A DNA stretch of 64,000 bases from an uncultured delta proteobacterium (GCA_963793865.1 CAWCBP010000008.1:384001-448000), one strand, 5' to 3'. Positions 10,988 through 20,839 are shown, counted from the first letter of the stretch. Numbers and translations: made by a program. The notes: generated from the letters alone by a model not told the origin.

Positions 10988-11362
10988 AGGGCCCCTCCTT
11001 ACCAGTCGCTGGTTTGTTGCACCATGAGCCTGCGTATCACCATGCGGTTGAAAGAACTGTACACCGACCTGTTCATGTTTGACCATGCCGGTACAAGTTC
11101 CCGTGCCTCTAAACAGGTTCCTTAACAACTCACTATAGGGAAATTAACCGGGTGTGTCAACCGGAAGATGAACTTATCGGCTGATTAAAATCAGGCGCAG
11201 AGATGCTTTGGTTGTTGAATGTGTGGCTTGCGGATATCAGTTATGGTAACACATGCAGAGCCCCTCGTGCTCTTATTATGCGAAAAAACACACGACCAAT
11301 TTTCACTGCATTGAAAAATAATCGTGACTATTAAGTTCGTCGGGAGTGTCAACCGAAAGATA

Positions 11363-11434
11363 AAGAGGGACGCCCTTAAAATTCTAAGAATCCATTTTTT
11401 GCCTCAAACTTAGAATTTTAAGGGCGTCCCTCTT
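11363..11434. repeat. GGGAC-family hairpin/MITE-like element with perfect 26-bp inverted arms
   Basis: aagagggacgcccttaaaattctaag ... cttagaattttaagggcgtccctctt; sister copy at 42291-42346. Confidence 0.85.
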
Positions 11435-11455
11435 ATACATACATAAAGTGCCTTT

Positions 11456-12676
11456 CTACGGCAAATGGGCAAGCCACTGGTATGCCGGGGCGACAAGAAT
11501 TTTGTGGTCTCCGTTTGACAGCAGCCGGTAGGTCTTCCCTTCCTGCGTTAGCTGGGCCGCCGGTATCTTCAGCGCCGATTGAAATTTGGTGAGCGCTGTC
11601 GAGGGCTGCATGTCCGATAGCTTTGCTTCGATCAAAAGAAAAGGTCGGCGGTCTCTGGCAATGAGAAAGTCGACTTCCTGCTTTTCCTTGTTTTTTATAA
11701 AGTGAAGCGAGAACAGTCCATAACCCATGTCATTCCATGAAGTGATCGCGCGGTAGAGTTCAATTGCCACCATGTTTTCAAAGCGGGCTGCCGGTTCGGA
11801 AATGCGCGGGGAATCCCAGAGATAGATTTTGCGCTCTTTTTGAATCGCCCGGGTAATCTTTGCCGTCCATGGATATACGCTGAATACGAGGAAAAATCTT
11901 TCGAATACTGAGATCCAATTCTTCACCGAGTTGTAGGATGCCTTGAGATCCCGGGCAAGAGCCGGTACCGAGAGCGGGCTTCCGATTTTTGAGGGGAGCA
12001 AGAGATAAAGTGTCTCGACATCTCCTATGGATTTGATATCGGTCATGTCCCGGATATCCTCTTTGATCAATTGCTGGGCATAGCTGTTTGACCATCGGCG
12101 GTAGGTGGTCATTTTTCCCGATAAATAAGGTTCAGGAAAGCCGCTCAGGTTCGAAAGCTGCATCCACATATCCTTGAGTGTCTGGTGCCGCTCCATGCTC
12201 ATGGAGAGCGGATCCTTCACTATGTCTTCAATAGTGTGAGCGCATTTTCCCAGCTCGGCAACGGTAAATGGCCAGAGGTGAAAGAGAAAATATCGGCCTG
12301 CAAGGGAATCACCGCCCTTGCGGTAAACGTCGAGCCGCCCGCTTCCTGACACAAGGAACTGATACCTTGCATGAAAGTGATCGTAGGTACCTTTAAGATA
12401 ATTTTTCCATTCTTTATATTTGTGGATTTCATCAAAAATGATGAGGGGGATGGATGAATCCTTGCGTTCGACCGCCTCAAAAAAAGCAGGGTTTTCCAAA
12501 AGGCGCGTTCGGTGTTGCGGAATATCCCAATTGAAATAAAGGCTGTTGCTATAGGAACGTGAGATAATTTTTGCCAGGGTGGTTTTCCCCGCCTGCCGTG
12601 GTCCAGCCATAAAGACCATGCTTTTTTCTGCGGCAAGTTCCTTCCAGATGTTTATATAGAATTCCCTCCGTTCCAT
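11456..12676 (-). CDS. AAA_14 ATPase with DUF4143 and C-terminal PD-(D/E)xK-like motif
   Basis: GPRQAGKTT, FDEIH, SGS, SLAGR, GFPE, FENMV and EVDFL...IEAK. Confidence 0.9.
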   Translation of the reverse strand: MERREFYINIWKELAAEKSMVFMAGPRQAGKTTLAKIISRSYSNSLYFNWDIPQHRTRLLENPAFFEAVERKDSSIPLIIFDEIHKYKEWKNYLKGTYDHFHARYQFLVSGSGRLDVYRKGGDSLAGRYFLFHLWPFTVAELGKCAHTIEDIVKDPLSMSMERHQTLKDMWMQLSNLSGFPEPYLSGKMTTYRRWSNSYAQQLIKEDIRDMTDIKSIGDVETLYLLLPSKIGSPLSVPALARDLKASYNSVKNWISVFERFFLVFSVYPWTAKITRAIQKERKIYLWDSPRISEPAARFENMVAIELYRAITSWNDMGYGLFSLHFIKNKEKQEVDFLIARDRRPFLLIEAKLSDMQPSTALTKFQSALKIPAAQLTQEGKTYRLLSNGDHKILVAPAYQWLAHLP

Positions 12677-12679
12677 GCC

Positions 12680-12741
12680 GACTATTATTCACCATAATGA
12701 AAAATAGTCAAGACTATTTTTCACTGTACTGAAAAATAGTC
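12680..12741 (-). promoter_or_regulatory. Two tandem 30-bp palindromes overlapping a probable promoter of the DUF4143 gene
   Basis: GACTATTATTCA-N6-TGAAAAATAGTC (12680-12709) and GACTATTTTTCA-N6-TGAAAAATAGTC (12712-12741). Minus-strand TTGACT-N16-AATAAT lies 7 nt from the ATG. Confidence 0.75.
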
Positions 12742-12969
12742 AGGGGCATCGTGTGTGCTCCGCGACGTATAATCAGGTAAAGGTTTTGGGCCCTGCTGGA
12801 GAATAAACTGCCGGAAAAAAACGGGCACATGGTCAGAATTTCCCGGGAGCTTAAGCATAGCTCCGGGAGTTTTATAATTCACTTGACAAACAAAAAGGAA
12901 ATATGTCATTCCATACCTGCTTGAGAAGAAGATGAGCGTTGAATTGTCTCACCGGAATGGAGGAATATC

Positions 12970-14400
12970 ATGTTAAAAAAAGGGCTGGAAGCTGTTGTCG
13001 GCAAAAAATACGTTCTGGATGATGAGCCAACCCTCGATGCCTATTCGAAGGATCTGAGTCTGAGCACCCCCCGCAGACCGTCATTCGTGGTCAAGCCCAA
13101 GAATACCGAGGAAGTCCAGGGGCTGGTGAAGCTGGCCAACAAGCACCTGATACCGCTCATACCGTCAAGCTCGGGAGCCCACTGTAACGGCGCGACCATT
13201 CCCGAACAGGGCGGCATTGTGGTGGACCTGAGAAGGATGGACAAAATAGTGCAGATTGACGCCAGAAACCGCAAGGTGAAAGTTGAACCGGGCGTGACCT
13301 GGGGCCAGCTGCAGGCGGCCTTGAAGGAGTATGACCAGATGCCGCTTACCCCCCTCTTTCCCCACCCGCAGATGTCCGCCATGACCTCCAGCCTGGAGCG
13401 GAACCCCATGCTGATTCCCAAGTATGAATATGCCGAGCCGGTGCTGACCATGGAGGTTGTACTCCCCCAGGGCGATGTGTTCAGGACGGGAACCGCTTCC
13501 GCGGCCAACACCGAGGAGGCCTACCCTGAGGGGCCGGGGATCGATTTTTACCGCCTCTTTCAGGGGGCGCAGGGAACGCTGGGCATCGTCACCTGGCTCA
13601 ACATTAAAACGGAATACCTGCCGAAACACCAGAAGGTCTTTTTTGTTCCCTTTAAAAGAATCGAGGACGCGGTGGATCCCGTCTACCGCATGCAGCGCAG
13701 GCACATCGGGAACGAGTGCTTCCTCCTGAACAGCTTCAACCTGGCCCTGCTGCTGGCGGATGAATGGCCGAAGGACTTTGAGGACTACCGGGAAAAGCTT
13801 CCTCCCTACATTCTGACGGTGGTCATCGCCGGCGCGCCGCGCCGTCCGCTGGAGCGGATTGCCTATGAGGAAGAGGCGCTGCATGAAATCGCTTCACAGC
13901 TGCTGTTTGAGCCTGCCGCCACCGTCGCGGGCATCGCCGGCCTGCAGGACATAATGCTGCAGAAGCTCCGCTCGCCCCAGGACGAGGGCAGCTACTGGAA
14001 GACCAGGTGCAAGGGTTCTTCGCAGGACATCTTTTTCATAACCACCATGGACCGCGCCGGAGCATTCCACGGGAAGGTGATGGAGGCCTGCGGCCGGTTC
14101 AACTATCCGACGCGCGATGTGGGCGTTTACCTGCAGCCGCTGGAGCGGGGCAGGGCCTGCCATCTGGAATTCAGCTTCCCCTGCGATCTCGCCTGCGGCC
14201 CGGAGCGGGAGAAGATTGGAGAGCTCTGCCGGTGCTTGAGCGAGGAACTGATCACCATGGGCGCCTTTTTCTCGCGGCCCTATGGCCCCTGGGCGGATAT
14301 GGTTTACCGGAGGGCGTCAGCCTACACCGCCACCTTAAAGGAAATTAAAAAGGTTTTTGATCCCAACAGCATTTTAAATCCCGGTAAGCTCTGCTACTAA
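12970..14400 (+). CDS. FAD-binding oxidoreductase (VAO/PCMH-GlcD fold)
   Basis: P..VVKP.NTEEVQ, VVDLRRMDKI, VEPGVT, GAQGTLGIVT and C-terminal FDPNSILNPGK; RBS GGAGG. Confidence 0.9.
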   Translation: MLKKGLEAVVGKKYVLDDEPTLDAYSKDLSLSTPRRPSFVVKPKNTEEVQGLVKLANKHLIPLIPSSSGAHCNGATIPEQGGIVVDLRRMDKIVQIDARNRKVKVEPGVTWGQLQAALKEYDQMPLTPLFPHPQMSAMTSSLERNPMLIPKYEYAEPVLTMEVVLPQGDVFRTGTASAANTEEAYPEGPGIDFYRLFQGAQGTLGIVTWLNIKTEYLPKHQKVFFVPFKRIEDAVDPVYRMQRRHIGNECFLLNSFNLALLLADEWPKDFEDYREKLPPYILTVVIAGAPRRPLERIAYEEEALHEIASQLLFEPAATVAGIAGLQDIMLQKLRSPQDEGSYWKTRCKGSSQDIFFITTMDRAGAFHGKVMEACGRFNYPTRDVGVYLQPLERGRACHLEFSFPCDLACGPEREKIGELCRCLSEELITMGAFFSRPYGPWADMVYRRASAYTATLKEIKKVFDPNSILNPGKLCY

Positions 14401-14415
14401 AGGAGGACCAGTTCA

Positions 14416-15693
14416 ATGGGTAAGAAAAAAGAGATGATCCTTCCCAAGGACCCGCGCTATTTAAAGTATCCCATCGACGAGCCCTTTGACCCGCGCTGGA
14501 CGGCCTTTAACTGCTCCCGCTGCTCCTGCTGCAAGTGGATAGATTCCTGGAGGGTGAAAAGCGCCAAGTACGCCCGCATCTGCCCCCAGCACAAGCGCTA
14601 CCTCTATGACGCCTATTCGGCCCAGGGGAAGTGCGACCTGGCGCTGGCCGTCATCGACGGCAAGATGAAGTGGGGCGATGAACCCGCCATCAAGGACATC
14701 CTGTTCCGCTGCACCCTCTGCGGCGGGTGCGACACCATGGACAAGTGCATCAGGGACGGCGAGGTGCTCAAGCTGCAGAAGTGGATGCGGGAGGAGTACA
14801 TCAAGGCGGTCGGCGTGCTTCCCGATCACCAGCCGCTGGTGGACAGCGTGCGCAACTATGACAACGTGTGGATCCAGCCGCGCGCCCGGAGGAATTCCTG
14901 GGCCAGGGACATGGAGATCAAGGACCTCAACACCGAGAAGGCCGAGGTGCTGCTCTTCGTGGGGTGCACCTACGGGCTCTCCGAGGAACTCAAGGCGACC
15001 ATTCGCAACGTGGCTTCCATTCTAAAGAAGGCCAGGGTGAATTTCGGGATCCTGGGCTCCAAGGAGCTGTGCTGCGGAAGTCCGGTGGAGAAGATCGGGG
15101 TCACGTCCGAATTCGAGCGGCTGGCCAGGGCAAACATTGAGCGCTTTAATAAGCTCGGGGTAAAAACGGTGGTGGCCCCCTGTGCCGGGTGTTACGGCAC
15201 CATACGCGAAGAGTATGACCGCTTCAAAATCAAGAAGAACTTTGAGGTGCTCCACATTACCGAACTCTTTGATCAGCTGGTCGGGGAGGGAAAGCTCAAG
15301 TTCAAGAAGGAGGTTCCCCTCACGGTGACCTGGCACGATCCCTGCCATCAGGGCAGGCTGTCGCGTCCGTACGTGCCGGGCAAGGAGATTGACGGCGTCT
15401 ATGAACAGCCGCGAAATATTCTCAAGGCCATTCCCGGCATCGAGCTCTACGAAATGGAGCGGATCAAGGAATACGCCTGGTGCTGCGGCGGCGGCGGCGG
15501 GGTCTTCACCGCCTTCAAGGATTTTGCCCAGTGGACGGCGCTTGAACGCCTGGAGGAGGCCAAGGACACCGGAGCGCAGGTGCTGGCCACCAGCTGCCCC
15601 TGGTGCGAGTCCAACCTGGGTAATGCCGTCAAGGGCATGGAGGAAAAGATCGGCATCGCCAGTTTAACTGATATAATGGTCAAAGCTCTCTAG
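14416..15693 (+). CDS. Fe-S oxidoreductase with two CCG domains (GlcF/HdrD-like)
   Basis: CSRCSCC, CTLCGGC, LCCG, HDPCH, WCCGGGGG and TSCPWC. Confidence 0.9.
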   Translation: MGKKKEMILPKDPRYLKYPIDEPFDPRWTAFNCSRCSCCKWIDSWRVKSAKYARICPQHKRYLYDAYSAQGKCDLALAVIDGKMKWGDEPAIKDILFRCTLCGGCDTMDKCIRDGEVLKLQKWMREEYIKAVGVLPDHQPLVDSVRNYDNVWIQPRARRNSWARDMEIKDLNTEKAEVLLFVGCTYGLSEELKATIRNVASILKKARVNFGILGSKELCCGSPVEKIGVTSEFERLARANIERFNKLGVKTVVAPCAGCYGTIREEYDRFKIKKNFEVLHITELFDQLVGEGKLKFKKEVPLTVTWHDPCHQGRLSRPYVPGKEIDGVYEQPRNILKAIPGIELYEMERIKEYAWCCGGGGGVFTAFKDFAQWTALERLEEAKDTGAQVLATSCPWCESNLGNAVKGMEEKIGIASLTDIMVKAL

Positions 15694-15709
15694 CGAAAGG
15701 ACATATTCC

Positions 15710-17269
15710 ATGGACAAAGAAAGACATGCGATCATTCTGGAGGCCTTGCGATCCGCCATTGGAAAGGAAAATGTCGAGGACAGCCTTTCGGTGATGATGG
15801 CTTATCACCGCGACTGGCTGCCGCCGGGCGTGTTGAATCCCGTGCTCCCGGAATTCGTGACGCTTCCCAACGGCACCGAGGAGGTCCAGAAGGTAATCAG
15901 GATCTGCAACCGCTATAACGTGCCCTTCATTCCCCTGGGATCCAGCCAGTGGTCACTCACCACCGCGCCCAATCGCCCCGGGACACTGATCATTGACTCA
16001 AAGCGGATGGGCCGCATCCTGGAAATAGATGATAAAAACATGTACGCGGTCATTGAGCCGTATGTGACCATGGCACAGATTCACTCCGAGGCCAACCGGC
16101 GCGGTCTCTATCTGGGCAGCCCCGAGGCCAGCGCCCAGGCATCCGCCATGGCAGGCCACGTCTTTCAGGGCATGTGGGGGGTCGGCCACCGTGTGGGGGT
16201 CGGCCATCGCAATATCCTGGCCATGGAGTGGGTGCTGCCCAACGGGGAAATTGTAAGGACCGGCTCGTGGGCCACCAACAGCGGGACGCGCTTCTTCGGT
16301 GAAGGCCCGGGAATCGACCTGCGGGGCATGCTGCGCGGGCTCGCCGGGGCCATGGGCGGCGCGGGCATGGTAACCAAGATGGCCATCAAGCTTCATCCCT
16401 ATCCCGGCCCCAAATTTTTCCCCTGCGAGGGAATGATACCCAACCACACCTCCACCCTGCCCGAAGACCGCTTCCAGTGGTACATCATCAAGTATCCCTC
16501 GATTGAAAAGGCAGCCCATGCCATGTATGAAATCGCCCGGGCCGAGATCGGCGGGGTGCTGCAGAAGCTGCCCACGGTTTATTTCAACTGGTGGTGGGCC
16601 AATTCCAATCAGGAGTACTGGGAAACCTGGCAGGAGGGCGTGTGGCAGAAGCACTGCAAGTACGCCGTTGAGGTGTGCCTGTGGGGCTTTACCTCGGAAA
16701 AGCAGCTCGAGTATGAAAAGCGGGTGCTCGAGGACATCATTAAAGAAACCAAGGGGAGCCTCATCCCCCGGGAGATTTTTGACAAGTGGGTGCCCCGCAC
16801 CGCCAACAACTGGATACGCGATACCAACGGATCCCGGATGATGCGGCCTTCCGGCACGTTCCTGGCGCTGCGGCTGCCCTTTGACACCATCAACAGCTCC
16901 ATCGGCGTATGTGCGGACGGGGTGCGCTGGGTAGATAAGTTCAGCCCGCCCATACTGGACAGCGACGGGCCGGACTGGATCTCCACCTTTGACATGGGCC
17001 ATTTCGGCTCAGCGGAGACGGATTTCCCGGTTGAGAAAAACCCCGAGGCGCTCGGCGATCTCATGCAGAAGCTCATGGGCATGATGAAGGAGGATCTCTC
17101 GCGCAAGGTTGAGGGAGGGGTGGGTCCCTTCCTGGGCGGCCCCTATCATGGAATGGCGGGATCGGTTTTTTCCAACTACGGGAAGCTGCTGGGGGGCATC
17201 AAGAAGGCCATTGATCCCAAGGCAGTCGCCAACCCGCCGCACAATTACCCGATTGAAAGAAACGATTGA
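15710..17269 (+). CDS. Second, divergent FAD-binding oxidoreductase
   Basis: LP.GTEEVQ, IDSKRMGRILEID, IEPYVT, EWVLPNGE and GPGIDL (shared with the first FAD protein); C-terminal IDPKAVANP. Confidence 0.85.
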   Translation: MDKERHAIILEALRSAIGKENVEDSLSVMMAYHRDWLPPGVLNPVLPEFVTLPNGTEEVQKVIRICNRYNVPFIPLGSSQWSLTTAPNRPGTLIIDSKRMGRILEIDDKNMYAVIEPYVTMAQIHSEANRRGLYLGSPEASAQASAMAGHVFQGMWGVGHRVGVGHRNILAMEWVLPNGEIVRTGSWATNSGTRFFGEGPGIDLRGMLRGLAGAMGGAGMVTKMAIKLHPYPGPKFFPCEGMIPNHTSTLPEDRFQWYIIKYPSIEKAAHAMYEIARAEIGGVLQKLPTVYFNWWWANSNQEYWETWQEGVWQKHCKYAVEVCLWGFTSEKQLEYEKRVLEDIIKETKGSLIPREIFDKWVPRTANNWIRDTNGSRMMRPSGTFLALRLPFDTINSSIGVCADGVRWVDKFSPPILDSDGPDWISTFDMGHFGSAETDFPVEKNPEALGDLMQKLMGMMKEDLSRKVEGGVGPFLGGPYHGMAGSVFSNYGKLLGGIKKAIDPKAVANPPHNYPIERND

Positions 17270-17312
17270 GGCAGGTATTTATCATCCGGCACAGAACAGG
17301 GAGAGATAACCG

Positions 17313-17651
17313 ATGGAACTGAAAGTTGACAGCTTGAAATGCACCGCCTGCAAGGCATGTGAATTTGCCTGCAATTATCACTTTGACGGCACCAGCTCCC
17401 CGATAGGATCGAGCATCATGTTTTCCCGCGAGGAAAAGAAGAACTACTACGGAGCCATGGTCAAAAAAGCCAAAAGCCTGCTGCTCGCGCGCCCCGAGGG
17501 GCCTGAGGAGATCAAGCCCGGGCAGCAGATCCAGGGGGCGTCGGCCAGCAGCAAACCGATTCTGCTGCGGGTGGCCTGCAATCTCTGCGAGGGAGAGGAA
17601 ACCCCCTTCTGCGTCCGCATCTGTCCGCAGGGTGTGTTCAGCGTAGAATAG
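17313..17651 (+). CDS. 4Fe-4S ferredoxin-like protein
   Basis: CTACKACEFAC and CNLC...CVRICP. Confidence 0.85.
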   Translation: MELKVDSLKCTACKACEFACNYHFDGTSSPIGSSIMFSREEKKNYYGAMVKKAKSLLLARPEGPEEIKPGQQIQGASASSKPILLRVACNLCEGEETPFCVRICPQGVFSVE

Positions 17652-17706
17652 CCATCATTCCCCCCAGTCTATCCTTCGGCACAGCGAAGCGAGAGGGCGG
17701 GTTTGA

Positions 17707-17816
17707 TGGAGGGCCATGCTCTGCCATGGCCGCATGGCATCATCGGACGCGACGGAGCGCGTCCCTCCATATGATTTTTTTATTTACTGTAGGGGCGGCC
17801 GGCCGGTCGCCCCTGC
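17707..17816. repeat. Composite REP: TGGAG doublet, T-rich linker, GTAG palindrome
   Basis: tggagggccatgctctgccatggcc...cggacgcgacggagcgcgtccctcca, then gtaggggcggccggccggtcgcccctgc; same arrangement at 56042-56151. Confidence 0.85.
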
Positions 17817-17904
17817 AGAGACCGATATTCGTATCAAGGCAGGGCTCTGTTACATCAGCCATCAAGATGTCGAGCATGACAATAATCAGGTGAGAGGAGG
17901 CAGC

Positions 17905-19410
17905 ATGGATTTTGCAAACAATTACAACGGCACCATTCTTATAGTTGATCTGGAAAAGGGCGAGACCTCCAATGAGAGTCTCGATGAAGCGCTGGTTGAG
18001 GAATGCCTGGGCGGCGCCGCCCTCAATCTCAAGCTCTATGAGCAATACGCTGATCGCAACCCGGTGGTGCTGGGCACCGGCCTTTTCACCGCCACCTTTG
18101 TGCCCGCTGCCTGCCTGGGGGTGGCGACCTTCAAGAGCCCGCTCAACGGCGGCATCTGTCATGTGCCGCTGACCTGGCAGACGGGGGTTGAACTGAAGCT
18201 CACCGGTTTTGATTTCGTGGTGTTGCTGGGTTCGTCCGCCAAGCCGGTTCGGCTGTGGCTGCACGACGGGCTGGCCGACGTGGAGGACTCCGCCGACGTG
18301 TGGGGGAAAAGCACCTGGGAGACGGTTGATGGGCTGCGGCAGACGTACGGCGATGACCAGGTGCAGGTGCTCTGCATCGGTCCGGCAGGGGAAAACAAGT
18401 CGGCCCTGGCGCAGGTTTCGGAAAGCTACTGGGGAAGCAAGGACAAGTCCGCCCTGGGCAGGGTCTTCGGGGAGAAGAACCTGAAGGCGGTCGCGCTGCG
18501 GGGACTGGGAATGCTGGAAGTGGCTGACGGATTTTTTGACCGCTGCGCCGGGCTGATGAAGGAGATAAACGGGGGTGCGCTGAAGGGCAAGCGGGGCCTC
18601 AAGGCAACCATGGCTTCGCTTCCCCAGGACCAGATGTCACCGGAGGTGCTGGATTCGCTTACCCACAGAAACAACGCCTGCTATAATTGTGCCTACGCCT
18701 GCAACACCTTTGTTAAGTACCGGGAACCGGCCGGCACCATGGCCATATCCGGCGTGGCCGAACCGGGATGCCAGATCACCGACCTTTCGGGCTTGCTGAG
18801 CTTCGGCTTCCTGGGCAAGGACGCCGCGGCCGCGCTGGAACAATGCTTCCGTCTCGGGCTCGAGCCTTCAGGGGCGGCGCAGGTGGTGAAGGCGCAGGGC
18901 GCAAAGGACCTGCAGTCGGCAACCGAAAAGCTTGCGCTTCTGGCCGCGTCAGCCGGCGGGGTTAAAGAGGCCGGGCTCCCGCATTTTTGCGGGGTTTCTT
19001 CCTGGCCGATCAAGCCGTCCCCCGAGACCGGATTAGCCCAGGCCTTCGGGGTGTTCAGCAATGCCGTGCCGCCCATGCCGGTTGCTGCTTCCTGGGAGTC
19101 CTTCGGTGTCACGGGATCCGCTGTGGATAAGGCCGCCTGGTGGCTGAAGCGGCAGTCGCTTGCTTACATTCTGGGGATATGCCCCATCTTTGCCCTGGCC
19201 TCACCGGAACTGAGCGAGCAGAAGCTGGCTGAACTTGCCAACTGTTCGCTCGGCTGCGAAGACTTCGGGGCGGAAAAGCTTGAGCAGCTGGCGGTGGAGA
19301 CCGTGCGCCGATCGCTCAAGGCGGGCGAGCGGCAGGGGGAGGTGCATCCCTCGCTTCGGGGTGACGGTTTTGAAGCCGCGTACCGGGAGCTCGTGGCCCG
19401 CTTTTCCTAG
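17905..19410 (+). CDS. Aldehyde:ferredoxin oxidoreductase family protein, divergent and shortened (501 aa)
   Basis: RBS GAGGAGG; IL.VDL, KSPL.G, ELK..GFD, WGK.T.ET, CIGPAGEN, KNLKAVA and CYNCAYAC. Confidence 0.8.
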   Translation: MDFANNYNGTILIVDLEKGETSNESLDEALVEECLGGAALNLKLYEQYADRNPVVLGTGLFTATFVPAACLGVATFKSPLNGGICHVPLTWQTGVELKLTGFDFVVLLGSSAKPVRLWLHDGLADVEDSADVWGKSTWETVDGLRQTYGDDQVQVLCIGPAGENKSALAQVSESYWGSKDKSALGRVFGEKNLKAVALRGLGMLEVADGFFDRCAGLMKEINGGALKGKRGLKATMASLPQDQMSPEVLDSLTHRNNACYNCAYACNTFVKYREPAGTMAISGVAEPGCQITDLSGLLSFGFLGKDAAAALEQCFRLGLEPSGAAQVVKAQGAKDLQSATEKLALLAASAGGVKEAGLPHFCGVSSWPIKPSPETGLAQAFGVFSNAVPPMPVAASWESFGVTGSAVDKAAWWLKRQSLAYILGICPIFALASPELSEQKLAELANCSLGCEDFGAEKLEQLAVETVRRSLKAGERQGEVHPSLRGDGFEAAYRELVARFS

Positions 19411-19466
19411 AGGAAGCAGTGTCTACCGGCATATTGTAAACATATTTGACACGGAGGAATGCTCGC

Positions 19467-20654
19467 ATGAAGAAGGCGTTAGACGGCATAAAAGTGCTTG
19501 ATTTGTCACGGGCGCTGGCAGGTCCTTACTGTACCATGATGCTTGCCGACATGGGCGCGGAGGTCATAAAAGTGGAGATGCCCGGCACCGGCGATGATTC
19601 CCGCGCGTGGGGACCGCCGTTCGTCGAAGGTGAGAGCGCCTATTTCATGAGCATCAACCGCAACAAGAAAAGCATCACCCTGGACATGAAGGGCGGCAAG
19701 GCAATCGAAATCATCATGAAGCTCATCAAGGGGTCCGACGTGCTGGTGGAGAACTTCAGGCCCGGTGCCATGGAGCGCCTGGGGCTTGCCTACCAGCAGG
19801 TGAAGGCGGTGAACCCGCGCCTGGTGTATTGCAGCATTTCCGGCTTCGGGCAGAACGGGCCGTATCGCATGCTTCCCGGCTTTGACCAGGTGCTGCAGGG
19901 CATGGGGGGATTGATGAGCATTACCGGTGAGCCTGATGGTCCGCCGGTAAAGGTGGGTGTGCCCATAGCCGACATAACCGCCGGCATGTTCGCCGCCTAC
20001 GGCATTGCCATTGCGCTTTTTACCCGGGAGAAGACCGGCAGCGGGCAGATGGTGGACATCTCCCTGCTGGACAGCCAGGTGGCCCTGCTTACCTATCGCG
20101 CCGGCTCCTTTTTCGCGTCGGGTGAGATACCCAAACGGGTTGGCTCCGGGCACCCGGTCATCGTTCCCTACCAGGCCTTCAAGGCCAGGGATGTGTATAT
20201 CAATATCGCGGTGGGCAATGACCAGCTGTGGGGAAAATTCTGCAAGGCGGCCGGGCTGGAAGGTATAGTGAACGACCCGCGGTTTGCCACCAATGCGAAG
20301 AGGGTGCAGAACCGCGATGAGGTGGTGAAGGTGGTGGGTGATTTGATTGCCACCAAAAACGGGGAGGAGTGGCTGAAAATCCTCACCGATGCGGGCATTC
20401 CCTGCGGGCCCATCTACACGGTGGACAAGATTTTCTCCGATCCCCAGGTCATTCACCGCCAGATGGTGACCGAATTGCACCATCCCAAAGCCGGCACCAT
20501 CAAGGTAACCGGCAACCCGGTGAAATTATCCGACACGCCCGGCGAGCCGTCCGTGGCGCCGCCGCTTCTCGGTCAGCACACGCAGGAGGTGCTTGAGGGA
20601 TTGGGATATTCCGCAAAGGAAATAGAGGAGCTTAAGCAGGCCAAGCTTATTTGA
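19467..20654 (+). CDS. Class III CoA-transferase (CaiB/BaiF family)
   Basis: VLDLSRALAGPYCTMMLADMGAEVIKVE, NRNKKS, ENFRPG, catalytic-type IAD and PPLLGQHT. Confidence 0.93.
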   Translation: MKKALDGIKVLDLSRALAGPYCTMMLADMGAEVIKVEMPGTGDDSRAWGPPFVEGESAYFMSINRNKKSITLDMKGGKAIEIIMKLIKGSDVLVENFRPGAMERLGLAYQQVKAVNPRLVYCSISGFGQNGPYRMLPGFDQVLQGMGGLMSITGEPDGPPVKVGVPIADITAGMFAAYGIAIALFTREKTGSGQMVDISLLDSQVALLTYRAGSFFASGEIPKRVGSGHPVIVPYQAFKARDVYINIAVGNDQLWGKFCKAAGLEGIVNDPRFATNAKRVQNRDEVVKVVGDLIATKNGEEWLKILTDAGIPCGPIYTVDKIFSDPQVIHRQMVTELHHPKAGTIKVTGNPVKLSDTPGEPSVAPPLLGQHTQEVLEGLGYSAKEIEELKQAKLI

Positions 20655-20756
20655 TCCGGCTGCTCCTGACGTCATTCCGGTGTGGTCCCTGCCCTGAACG
20701 ACAGGGCGGGTTGTGTGCGGTGGGGCTGATAATCGAGCGTTTTGTGCGAAAAGGCT

Positions 20757-20785
20757 TTGACAAGAAGTGCCGGCCATGCTATGTA
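20757..20785 (+). promoter_or_regulatory. Sigma70-type promoter upstream of hup
   Basis: TTGACA-N17-TATGTA with an extended TG motif. Confidence 0.55.
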
Positions 20786-20839
20786 GAAGCTAGTTATGAG
20801 GCAATAACCAGGCTACTAACTTAGTAAAAGGAGGGCTTT

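Noticed and set aside
12680..12741. Two 30-bp repeats as a mini-CRISPR array
   Set aside because: Only 2 nt separate them, and they overlap promoter elements.
14416..17651. Selenocysteine readthrough in the Fe-S proteins
   Set aside because: The Cys motifs are complete, both Fe-S ORFs end in TAG, and there is no internal TGA.
17716..17904. N-terminal extensions in the ORF track (17716, 35214, 56061) and ORF 50534-50779
   Set aside because: They translate through REP/MITE sequence (e.g. CRGGRPVAP, VGATGRSPL); RBS-supported starts lie downstream.
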